Shown here: positions 17,991-26,599 of the stretch, one piece after another
Layout of the letters: each line of letters starts with the position of its first letter
Position numbering within the stretch: position 1 is the first letter of the stretch
NCBI RefSeq assembly: GCF_002075285.3
Contig: NZ_CP021983.2
Location: 2,940,001-2,972,000, forward strand
Length of the DNA: 32,000 bases
Reading direction: 5' to 3'
Source: Halomicronema hongdechloris C2206
GTDB taxonomy: Bacteria > Cyanobacteriota > Cyanobacteriia > Phormidesmidales > Phormidesmidaceae
The notes under the pieces: model-generated
What the model saw: only the letters and a program-made list of their open reading frames with translations
The model's database searches: none
What the model was told of the DNA's origin: nothing
Position numbers and translations under genes: made by a program

Positions 17991-18320
17991 CTCTCTATAG
18001 CCTGGCTGCAAGCCATACAGGGCAGACCTTATATCGATCGGGCTTTAGACTATGCCCGCAGTCGTGGCCTCTGTCCCCATGATGTCCACGGGCGCAATGT
18101 GATGATGCAGAATGGGCGCGGACTCGTGGTGGATGTGTCGGATTTCTTGCATGAAGAAGCCTGTTCTGCCTGGCGCGATTTAAAGCGGGCCTATTATTGG
18201 CTGTATCTTCCAGTATTGTCACGGGTACGGCTGCGGGTGCCCTACTGGATGCTGGATGTGGTGCGGGTTAGCTATCGCCTCTGGCGCCGGCTCCCCCGGT
18301 GGCGACAATTACCTCAATAG
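17991..18320 (+). other. Protein-kinase-like C-lobe fragment (possible gene remnant); track ORF is 18099..18320
   Basis: The open frame reads IDRALDYARSRGLCPHDVHGRNVMMQNGRGLVVDVSDFL, resembling a kinase catalytic loop (H-D-x-H-x-x-N) plus a DFG-like DVSDF. Similarity extends upstream of the first ATG/GTG to the stop at 17988-17990. Only 119 nt separate it from wzc, so there is no room for an N-lobe. Confidence 0.3.
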
Positions 18321-18329
18321 ATTAAGGGG

Positions 18330-19145
18330 TTAGGGGTGATGGGCCTGGGCCAGGAGCTGTTGGACCAGTTCACAAAAGCCTGCCGCCTCTGCTGCAGTGG
18401 TGAGATAGGTGGGTAGGTGGGTCATGGGATGGCCCCCAGGGGCCAGTCTGCGACCATCGCAATAGTGGGCCACATTGGCGACGCCCACAGAGTAAGGAAA
18501 ATAGGCGGTATCAAACAGACTCTGGTCATTGGGGCTATCGCCTACGGTCAGCACCTGCTCTGGACTCAGGTCCGGGAAATATCGCCGCAGTACCGTCTGT
18601 AGTCCAGGGGCCTTGTCCTGATGGGGCAGCTTCAGGTGGCACTGGACGGTGCTGTAGGTAAAGCCCCAACCCTGGTGTGCACAGGTCGCTTGCAGGGATG
18701 TCAAGGTGTCAGGGCTAAGGCCGGCCACATCGAAGGTCCAATCACTGAGGCGAAACCGGTTGTCGCTAGACTCTCGTAGCTGGGGGTATTGCCCCTGCAG
18801 CTGGGCAAAGAGTTGGGCCAGCTGTTGCCGATGAGCAGTGATATCCCTTAGGTCTACCAAGGGCTGAAGCTGCAGATCTGGTTTAGCCATATACAGCCCC
18901 CCATTTTCTGCGATCGCACCTGCCACCGGTAGATAAGACACCAATCCCTGCACCCAGCCCACCGAACGCCCCGTGACGATTAAAACCGCTAGTCCTGCCG
19001 CCTGCAACTCTATCAACGCCTGTAATAGCCCCGGTGTCAACTGCCCGGCCTGGGTCAACGTCCCATCCATGTCGGTGGCGATCAGACGAATATGGCGGCG
19101 GGTTTGGATAAATTCAGAAGTGGTTAAAGACTGCAATCGGGCCAT
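18330..19145 (-). CDS. HAD-IIB (Cof-type) family phosphatase
   Basis: Motif I is LIATDMDGTLT, motif II is LIVTGRS, and the C-terminal motif is VLTVGDSPNDQSLF. Confidence 0.8.
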   Translation of the reverse strand: MARLQSLTTSEFIQTRRHIRLIATDMDGTLTQAGQLTPGLLQALIELQAAGLAVLIVTGRSVGWVQGLVSYLPVAGAIAENGGLYMAKPDLQLQPLVDLRDITAHRQQLAQLFAQLQGQYPQLRESSDNRFRLSDWTFDVAGLSPDTLTSLQATCAHQGWGFTYSTVQCHLKLPHQDKAPGLQTVLRRYFPDLSPEQVLTVGDSPNDQSLFDTAYFPYSVGVANVAHYCDGRRLAPGGHPMTHLPTYLTTAAEAAGFCELVQQLLAQAHHP

Positions 19146-19215
19146 GGAAAGTGAGGAATTAGGTTTCTCCCATCCTCTACACTGAGTGGATACTGTGACA
19201 AGGTATCTCCTGGGT

Positions 19216-20877
19216 ATGGCGACCCTTTTACCCGATCAACGCAACGACTACTATCTGAGCGAAGCAGCTCGAGTAGGGATTCATAAGCCAATTTTGGCGG
19301 CCCTGTATGCTGTCCACGGCCAACCTCAACTGCCCGACGGCGAACTGGGCTTAGGCATCTATCCAGTTAACCGAGTCGGCCCCGATCAGGTCAACACCTT
19401 TCCAGAGCAAGTGCAATACGCTGCCAATACCGTGCGTAGCCTCACCGATAGCCTCACCGCTGAGGGGTGGCAAGGCCGCGACCTCTGGAATGCTAGCGAA
19501 AGCCGCTATAGCGATCGGCTGTTGCGTACCCTGGCCGCAGGCTATCGTCCCCCTGCCAGCGACACCAGTGCTGCCCTGTTAGAGGCCAGCGATTTCAATA
19601 CCCTCAAAGACGCCTATCTAGCTGACATCGTCTACGACTACGAGGCAGACCAACTGCCCCATAATCCAGCCCATCTGGATAAAGCCCTATTGGCCTTTGC
19701 TGAGCGGGTTCCCCCCCATTACGGCCGCTTAGGGTTTCAACGCCAGGCCCTGCTGGAAGCGGTTCGCCTCTGGCGCAAACTCGATAGCCATGAGGCTGTG
19801 CTCGAGGCCCTAGAGATCTCTGAACCCGTGAGTCAGGCGGACGAAACCGCCCTGGACCAAGCCCTGGTTAATTTCGTGCAGGGGGCGGTGCGCTATTACT
19901 CCGGCTATCCCTATCAACGGGAAGCCCTATTACGCCTAGTCCAGCTCTGGCGCCAGATGGACTCGCGGGAGGAGACGATTCAGTGGCTGGCTAGCCACGA
20001 TCCCCACGCCCACGAAGCCAATCTGCACATCATCGATCCGGCCTTGATTGCCTTCGTGCAGCACCTACCCGGTCAATATAAAGGCCAGGGCGATCAGCGC
20101 TTTGCCCTGACCGAAGCCTATCGTCTCTGGCAGCAGCTGGCCTCTCGAGCAATGGCCCTGGAAAGCCTGGGAGTCGATCCCCGCACCGTTGTCCAGCAGG
20201 CCGACGACAAAACCGCCCTGACGGAGACAGCGGCTCAGATTGATCAGGGGTTACTGGCCTTTATCAAGTCAGTGCCACAGACCTACCAGGAAACCGAGAC
20301 CCAGCGCGAAGCCCTGATCCGCCTGGTGCAAATTTGGCGTCGCCTAGAGGGTCGCATTCCCACTCTGCAAGCTCTATGCGACGATCTGCGCCGTATGGAA
20401 CGGGCCCAGCGCCATGCGGTGGAGGCCATGCCTGCTCCAGAGGCTGCTCCCCAGCCCCCTCGCCCCCCCCGGTGGACCCCGGAGAATGTACAACTGGCCG
20501 CTTCGATTGTTCCCAATGGGAATTTCACCTGGGCCGAGGCCACCCATGGTGGTACCCGCCTACCCCCCAACCAAGCCACCATCGACGCCATGGTCCGCAT
20601 TGCTGCATTGGCTCAACAGGCTCGCGATCGCATCGGTCGTCCCTTTAAGGTCACCAGTTGGTATCGCCCCCCCGAGATCAACGCTCGGGTCGGTGGCGCT
20701 TCCCAGAGTCGCCATATCATCGGCGATGCCATCGACTTCTACTGCGACGGCCTCAGCGGCAACCAACTATACTGGGCCCTCGATCCCTGGTGGCCTGGCG
20801 GCTTGGGCCGCTACCGCCGCTTTCCCTATCTGGCCCATCTAGATGCCCGCGGCTATCGAGCTCGCTGGACCCACTAA
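19216..20877 (+). CDS. Peptidase M15A (D-alanyl-D-alanine carboxypeptidase-like, Zn) domain protein with four internal ~58-aa repeats; no signal peptide
   Basis: The C-terminal ~125 aa (nt about 20503-20877) are FTWAEATHGG ... SWYRPPEINARVGGASQSRHIIGDAIDF ... LAHLD, giving the H-x6-D...H zinc triad of M15A. Four repeats of pattern (L/I)D.AL..F....P..Y......QR.AL.....LW..L lie at nt about 19675-20376. The track ORF starts at GTG 19186; the first ATG is 19216. Confidence 0.8.
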   Translation: MATLLPDQRNDYYLSEAARVGIHKPILAALYAVHGQPQLPDGELGLGIYPVNRVGPDQVNTFPEQVQYAANTVRSLTDSLTAEGWQGRDLWNASESRYSDRLLRTLAAGYRPPASDTSAALLEASDFNTLKDAYLADIVYDYEADQLPHNPAHLDKALLAFAERVPPHYGRLGFQRQALLEAVRLWRKLDSHEAVLEALEISEPVSQADETALDQALVNFVQGAVRYYSGYPYQREALLRLVQLWRQMDSREETIQWLASHDPHAHEANLHIIDPALIAFVQHLPGQYKGQGDQRFALTEAYRLWQQLASRAMALESLGVDPRTVVQQADDKTALTETAAQIDQGLLAFIKSVPQTYQETETQREALIRLVQIWRRLEGRIPTLQALCDDLRRMERAQRHAVEAMPAPEAAPQPPRPPRWTPENVQLAASIVPNGNFTWAEATHGGTRLPPNQATIDAMVRIAALAQQARDRIGRPFKVTSWYRPPEINARVGGASQSRHIIGDAIDFYCDGLSGNQLYWALDPWWPGGLGRYRRFPYLAHLDARGYRARWTH

Positions 20878-20883
20878 GCCCGA

Positions 20884-21450
20884 CTACGTCTGCTCCCTTG
20901 GCAGCTTACTCTGCTTCTGCTGGGATTTCTGAGTCTTATCCTGCTGCGCAATCTGGGTGACGTAGATTTCCACATCCCGCTGGATCAATTCTTCAATCTG
21001 ATCGGTGAAGTCGTCGAAGGCAGCCTTGCAGGTATCGTAGTCACTGTACTGACCGCTCAATTGAGAAAACTGCCAACCGTGGGTCTTCAGGGACTCCACC
21101 GTGCGCCGGTAGTGATACCAGCGTTCACCATAGTGGAAGAACTCTTCAATGGCGGCACTGACGGCAACCACTCCACTAAGACCGATGGCCAGATATTTCT
21201 TCACCTGGCTAGCCCGGGGATTGGTGAATTCTAGGCCTAGCAAGATCGGCACAATGATGCCCAGGGTGATGGCAGTGAGCCGCAGGCGGTAGTACCAGTC
21301 GCGGCAGAAGGCCGCCTTCTTTTCCATCCAGATCACCTGATCCAGCCAACGCGATCGCAAATAATGCCGTTGAATATCGTCTAAATTCAGGGCGTCAAAG
21401 AGTTGTTTAAAGTCTTGTTTAAGAAAATCAGCATAGGTTTGTTTGGCCAT
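20884..21450 (-). CDS. DUF4231-like (SLATT-clan) two-TM protein
   Basis: 188 aa with two adjacent TM helices (LRLTAITLGIIVPILLGLEF and YLAIGLSGVVAVSAAIEEFF). They are followed by GERWYHYRRTVESLKTHGWQF and an acidic/Gln-Lys-rich tail. Layout and motif match my memory of Pfam DUF4231. No HMM was run. Confidence 0.65.
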   Translation of the reverse strand: MAKQTYADFLKQDFKQLFDALNLDDIQRHYLRSRWLDQVIWMEKKAAFCRDWYYRLRLTAITLGIIVPILLGLEFTNPRASQVKKYLAIGLSGVVAVSAAIEEFFHYGERWYHYRRTVESLKTHGWQFSQLSGQYSDYDTCKAAFDDFTDQIEELIQRDVEIYVTQIAQQDKTQKSQQKQSKLPREQT

Positions 21451-21597
21451 GAACCCCCTCCAGGTAAAAGACGTGAGGAATGCATTGAGGCAGACAATCC
21501 TTCACCCACCCCCCCAGATTATCTGACAGTAGCACCGGAGCCAGCCCAAGCAAGGGGAACGAATCTGCTATAAGGGAAAGGTGCTCAAGGAAATACT

Positions 21598-22032
21598 ATG
21601 GCGCTGCCTCGACACTCCTTCCATCTGAACGTCATCAAAGACGGGGATACCCTGATTGCCAGTGGTAACAATATCACCGAATCGGTCCGACTCTATGGCA
21701 TCGACTGTCCAGAACTGGCTCAAGCTCCCTATGGCGAGGCCGCCCGCCAGCGCATTCAAAAACTCCTAGAGCCCTACGACACCATTGAGGTGATTGAGGT
21801 CGACCGCGATCGCCATGGCCGATTAGTGGGAGAAGTGTGGGTAGAAGACGGTTGCATCAACACGCAACTGTTAGCTGAAGGCCATGCTGTCGCCTATGGG
21901 CGCCATCTCAAAGGGGAATTTCGAGATCGCTACGTCCAGGCCGAAGCCATTGCCCGCAAGGCTCGCCTCAACTTTTGGCAGCAGCCCCGGCCGGAGATGC
22001 CCTGGGATTATCGACAACGTCATCCCCACTGA
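21598..22032 (+). CDS. Thermonuclease (SNase) family protein, no signal peptide
   Basis: Motifs are IKDGDTLI, VRLYGIDCPE, DRHGRLVGEV, INTQLLAEGHA and ARKARLNFW. AAGGAA lies 6 nt upstream of the ATG. The C-terminal PWDYRQRH is identical to that of the paralog at 5159..5764. Confidence 0.85.
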   Translation: MALPRHSFHLNVIKDGDTLIASGNNITESVRLYGIDCPELAQAPYGEAARQRIQKLLEPYDTIEVIEVDRDRHGRLVGEVWVEDGCINTQLLAEGHAVAYGRHLKGEFRDRYVQAEAIARKARLNFWQQPRPEMPWDYRQRHPH

Positions 22033-22046
22033 ATCGTTGCCAAAAC

Positions 22047-22847
22047 CTAGGCATCGAGAATATGACTGAGCCAGGGGACAAGGCCCGGAGTAAATCGCTG
22101 TAGTCGTTGTACTATCGGTCCAACGCGGTCGGGAAAGACCTGTCGCTGGTTGCGCTGAATGGCACGAATGGTGGCTCGAATTACCGAGGCCGGTTCGCTC
22201 ACTAGCCAATCTGGCAGGGCTGCCATGGAGCCCGCCAAGCTACCATAGCGGGGAGACTGCAGAATTGGGGTACGACTAAAGCCAGGATATACGGCAGTCA
22301 CCTGCACTCGGTATGGGGCCAACTCCCTGGCCAGCCCTTGGCTAAACCCTCGCAAGCCAAATTTGCTGGCGGCGTAAGGCACCAACCCAGGCGGGGCAAT
22401 CCATCCAGCCAAGGAGGACAGGTTAACAATATGGCCCCGACGACGCTGCACCATGACATTGGCAAACAGAGCGCTTAGTCGCATCGGAGCCAACAAATTC
22501 ACCTGCATCAACTGCTCCCATTGCTCAGCGGGCACTTCATCCAAGCGTCCTACGCAACCTCGGCCAGCATTATTGATCAACACATCGACGGGGTATCCCA
22601 GGCCCTGGATCTGCTGGTAAAGGCTGTCACAGCCGTCGCGACTAGCCAGATCAGCCGTCAAACAAGCCAGAATCTTGCCTGGGGAAACACTGTGACTGAG
22701 AATAGCCGCTTGTTGCTCCAGGGTGGGACCATGGATATCGGTAAGAATCAGTTGGCCATCAAGGGCTAGCAATTGCCGACAAAATTCCTGGCCAAAGCCA
22801 CCGCTGGCACCAGTAATCAGGATGAAGGCTTGTTGCAGCTGGGTCAT
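22047..22847 (-). CDS. SDR-family oxidoreductase
   Basis: Contains TGASGGFG (Rossmann TGxxxGxG), NNAG, and S...YAASK as the catalytic Ser and YxxxK. Confidence 0.9.
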   Translation of the reverse strand: MTQLQQAFILITGASGGFGQEFCRQLLALDGQLILTDIHGPTLEQQAAILSHSVSPGKILACLTADLASRDGCDSLYQQIQGLGYPVDVLINNAGRGCVGRLDEVPAEQWEQLMQVNLLAPMRLSALFANVMVQRRRGHIVNLSSLAGWIAPPGLVPYAASKFGLRGFSQGLARELAPYRVQVTAVYPGFSRTPILQSPRYGSLAGSMAALPDWLVSEPASVIRATIRAIQRNQRQVFPDRVGPIVQRLQRFTPGLVPWLSHILDA

Positions 22848-23018
22848 AGCACCTGAATCTTGAGAAGTGGATAGTCTGGGCAGCAGCGGCTATAGCCATG
22901 AGCCTAGCACGGCTGTGGGCAATGAATGGGGTCATTTGTCAATCGATGCGGTCTATCGTATCGGTGCTCCCCTGCCATTGTCAGAGGCTGACGCCCATAG
23001 TAAAACTGAAGACTATCG

Positions 23019-24047
23019 ATGCAGGCAAATTCGCCCACCCCAATCATGATGAATCAACTCCGTCGCTGGGCAATTGGCTGGTTGGTGGCCCTGATCACCC
23101 TAGCTGCTATTGTCGGGTTGCAGACCCAGACCCCGGCTCAAGCACCATCAGAGCTCACTCTCAATCGGGCTGGACTTACCCTAGAAGAGTTAGCCGACGG
23201 TGTATACGGTCTCATTGCCAGCACCGACTTTCCCCCCAGTGATCCTGCCATGGCCATTTGCAATGGTGGCATTGTCATTGGCTCCGACGGGGTATTGGTG
23301 ATCGACCCCTTCCAAACCGAGGAGTTGGCTAATTTGCTATTTGCCACCGTAGCCAACCTGACAGATCAACCGATTCGCTATGTGGTCAATACCCATTATC
23401 ACTTCGATCACTCTGGTGGCAACGCCGCTGCCAAGGCCTTGGACCTACCTATTCTGGGGCGAGGACCGATTCGAGAGTTTATGCTAAGCCGCAACTTGGA
23501 GATGGATCCTAACGCCACCCCGCCTGAGGTGATTGTGAATGGTGCTGGAGAACTGTGGTTAGGGGAGCGGCAGATACAGCTGACCGAGTTTGATGGTCAC
23601 TCTGGCGGCACTGATTTAGTGATCTATATTCCCGATGCCGATGTGCTGATGGCGGGTGACTTGCTGTTCAGCCAACGGCTACCTTACCTGGGCGATGGCA
23701 ACATTCGGGTGTGGCAGCAGACCCTAGAGCACTTGGCTGTCGATTATGATACGGCTACGATTCTGCCAGGCCACGGTCCTGTTAGCGATCGCACCCACCT
23801 AACCACCTTAAAGGACTATCTGGAGCAGCTTGAGACCTGGGCCATGACTTGGGAAGCTGCTGGACTTTCCCAAGCAGAGGCCATCGAGCAGACTCCCCTG
23901 CCCGACACCTATAGCGACTACCTCTTCCAGGCATTATTTCCTGGCAATTTAGAAGTGGCCTATCAACAAATCACCCTGGGCCATGATGATGCCGCCGCCA
24001 TTGAGCGCTATTTCCAGGCCCAAGCCCCAGCACTGCAAGCTCTGTAG
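23019..24047 (+). CDS. MBL-fold metallo-hydrolase with N-terminal signal/anchor
   Basis: Contains the HYHFDHSGG (HxHxDH) motif, later GHSGG.D and PGHGP, and the N-terminal hydrophobic helix WAIGWLVALITLAAIVGL. The start could also be the ATG pair at 23046/23049. Confidence 0.85.
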   Translation: MQANSPTPIMMNQLRRWAIGWLVALITLAAIVGLQTQTPAQAPSELTLNRAGLTLEELADGVYGLIASTDFPPSDPAMAICNGGIVIGSDGVLVIDPFQTEELANLLFATVANLTDQPIRYVVNTHYHFDHSGGNAAAKALDLPILGRGPIREFMLSRNLEMDPNATPPEVIVNGAGELWLGERQIQLTEFDGHSGGTDLVIYIPDADVLMAGDLLFSQRLPYLGDGNIRVWQQTLEHLAVDYDTATILPGHGPVSDRTHLTTLKDYLEQLETWAMTWEAAGLSQAEAIEQTPLPDTYSDYLFQALFPGNLEVAYQQITLGHDDAAAIERYFQAQAPALQAL

Positions 24048-24080
24048 GCGAGGAGAGTGGATGGGGGGATGAGTAGCGGT

Positions 24081-24430
24081 GGATCGCGATCAGGCCACGC
24101 TTAATCTCACAGGTTAAGCGGGCCAGGCAGGGCAAACTTGATGGTGCCTGAGGCAGACATAACCTCCCGTCGGGTGACATTTCCCCGGCTCTCTATGACC
24201 AGGGCGTTCCGCTTGTGGTGTTCGCAAAGCGGCTCCGCAGGAGCAACCTGTCGAACCACCGCCCTAGACCCCGCGGAAGGGCTTGTCGGTTAGGAGCGAG
24301 GGACCACGATAAGACCACGCTTAATCTCACCAAGCAAGGATCTCACCCGAGGGGATTTCGTTCCCCTCGGACTCCGACGACCAGGGCGTTCCGCCGCCCT
24401 GGACCTGCGGAAGGGCTTGTCGTTTAGGAG
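24081..24430. repeat. Two tandem, imperfect copies of a structured non-coding element (216 nt and 130 nt)
   Basis: Shared blocks are CCACGCTTAATCTCAC (24094-24109 and 24314-24329), GACCAGGGCGTTCCGC (24196-24211 and 24378-24393), and GCGGAAGGGCTTGTCG(G/T)TTAGGAGC (24272-24296 and 24406-24430). Hairpin details are given in the findings. Confidence 0.85.
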
Positions 24431-24615
24431 CAATAGATCGCGTCGCATCGGCAAGGTAGCGAGGGGCTTTTTTCCCTTTCCCCAACCCCTACTTCCACAA
24501 GGGGAGCTGGAATATTCACTCACTCAAAAATTCAAAACTCATCAACCCGTGGATCCTTCCCTTGCCACACATTGCTTACCCAGTTTGAGCAGCACGGCCC
24601 ACGCTACTTCTCTTT

Positions 24616-24870
<255 letters not shown>

Positions 24871-24925
24871 GGCACCGTGAGGAGTAAGCGCCTAAAATGG
24901 GCCATATCTATAGCGTTATCGTTCC

Positions 24926-25639
24926 ATGAGTCGGTCATCGTCCCATTTTCCCGACGCCTTACCCCTGTTTGCAGATACACCTCCTACATCCTGGAGCCAT
25001 TCCCTCAAGGGTTGGCTGTGGCGTCACCGGTTACTGGTGGTGTTGACGGCTGTCTGGCTGGGATTGATTGGGGTGGCCACCTTGGCTTATAGCGAATTGC
25101 TGTTTACGGGCCGCACCCTTCAAGCCAATAGGCCAGCGCCGCAGTCGGCAGCCATCTCCGAGCCTTCCCTACCGTCATCGTCTCCAGACCCATCATCTAC
25201 GGCTCCCATGACAATGGAGACAGCGACGATTCCTTGGTGGTCTATGGCGGCCCTAGTTGGAACCTGCGCCCTGGGATGCCTGACAATCTCGAAACGGTTG
25301 CAAGCGCCACCCAGGACTCGGCAACGCCGTCGGCGCTCGTCCCGTCGCCCCTCCCGGCGACCAACGGTGCCAACTGTGAAGCGGCTACAACCTAGGACAG
25401 GAGAGGAACCTCTAGTGAGTTCTGAAGCAACCCCTCCCCAAGCTGGAACTAAGCCTTCCTCCCCCGCCGGGCAACAAGGGGCTAGCCCTGCCACCACGGC
25501 TGCCACCTCTTCCCCAGGATCGACGTCGGCTGCTGTCACAGTGGTACCAGCCGATCATCCCCATCCTTTAGATGTGCCAGATAGCTTGGTGCATGATCTC
25601 GATTTGCGCCAGCGTCGTCCCCTCTCTTCCCTGCTGTAG
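24926..25639 (+). CDS. Hypothetical membrane protein with Pro/Ser/Arg-rich low-complexity regions
   Basis: 237-aa ORF with two predicted TM helices (LLVVLTAVWLGLIGVATLAY and WWSMAALVGTCALGCLTI), a basic stretch RTRQRRRRSSRRPSRRP and a Ser/Thr/Pro/Ala-rich tail. It ends 5 nt before the HDAC-family gene. Confidence 0.5.
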   Translation: MSRSSSHFPDALPLFADTPPTSWSHSLKGWLWRHRLLVVLTAVWLGLIGVATLAYSELLFTGRTLQANRPAPQSAAISEPSLPSSSPDPSSTAPMTMETATIPWWSMAALVGTCALGCLTISKRLQAPPRTRQRRRRSSRRPSRRPTVPTVKRLQPRTGEEPLVSSEATPPQAGTKPSSPAGQQGASPATTAATSSPGSTSAAVTVVPADHPHPLDVPDSLVHDLDLRQRRPLSSLL

Positions 25640-25644
25640 GCCCC

Positions 25645-26562
25645 TTGAGCCATCTGCCCGTTGTCTATCATCCTCAGTATGTAGCGCCCTTGCCTACTGG
25701 CCATCGATTTCCCATGGCTAAGTTTGGCGGCCTTTATCATCACTTGCTGCAAGAGCGAGTAATTGAGCCAACTCAGGTCTATCAACCAGGGGCACCTCCC
25801 TTGGAGTGGCTCACCTTGGTTCATGGAGTAGGTTATGTCACGGCCTACTGCCAGGGCCACCTTGAAGCCAAGGCCCAACGTCGTATCGGTCTACCCTGGA
25901 GCCCTGACTTGGTGCAACGCACCTGCGCGGTTGTCGGCGGCACCATTTTGACGGCGAAATTGGCTTTACGCCATGGTCTGGCTTGTAATACTGCTGGCGG
26001 TACCCACCACGCCTTCCCCGACTACGGTACGGGGTTTTGTATTTTTAACGACTTGGCTGTAGCTGCCCGAGTGCTACTGCAGCAAGCCCTGGTGCAGCAG
26101 GTGTTGATCATCGACCTAGATGTGCATCAGGGGGATGGCACCGCCTGGATTTTTAACCAAGACCCTCGGGTCTTTACGTTCTCCATGCACTGCGCCGTCA
26201 ATTTTCCCGGGACGAAGCAACTCAGCGATCTAGATGTGCCCTTGCCAGCGGGCATGCAGGATGATGCTTACTTAAAGACATTGATGGATTACTTGCCCAG
26301 TCTGTTGCAGCAGGTAAATCCTGATCTGGTGCTCTACGATGCCGGGGTGGATACTCACCAAGCCGACCGGCTGGGTAAATTGGCCATGTCTGATGCTGGG
26401 ATTTATCGGCGCGATCACTGTGTGCTCAAGACTTGTGCTCGGGCTGGCTATCCAGTGGCTTGTGTGATCGGTGGGGGTTACGGTGATGACATGGAGGCGT
26501 TGATCTGGCGACATTCCTTGGTGCATCGAGCGGCCACGGCGGTGTTTCGTGAATTGATTTAG
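25645..26562 (+). CDS. Histone deacetylase / acetoin-utilisation (arginase-deacetylase) family protein
   Basis: Contains GGTHHAFPDYGTGFCIFND, DLDVHQGDGT and GGGY. TTG start at 25645. Confidence 0.9.
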   Translation: MSHLPVVYHPQYVAPLPTGHRFPMAKFGGLYHHLLQERVIEPTQVYQPGAPPLEWLTLVHGVGYVTAYCQGHLEAKAQRRIGLPWSPDLVQRTCAVVGGTILTAKLALRHGLACNTAGGTHHAFPDYGTGFCIFNDLAVAARVLLQQALVQQVLIIDLDVHQGDGTAWIFNQDPRVFTFSMHCAVNFPGTKQLSDLDVPLPAGMQDDAYLKTLMDYLPSLLQQVNPDLVLYDAGVDTHQADRLGKLAMSDAGIYRRDHCVLKTCARAGYPVACVIGGGYGDDMEALIWRHSLVHRAATAVFRELI

Positions 26563-26599
26563 TGGGTTGCTATACTAGGGCTCCGATATTGACTGCAAC

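Noticed and set aside
24247-24259. tRNA-like T-loop (GGTTCGA on the minus strand)
   Set aside because: The flanks cannot form a T-stem, acceptor stem or anticodon arm. It is part of the nested hairpin insertion in repeat unit 1.
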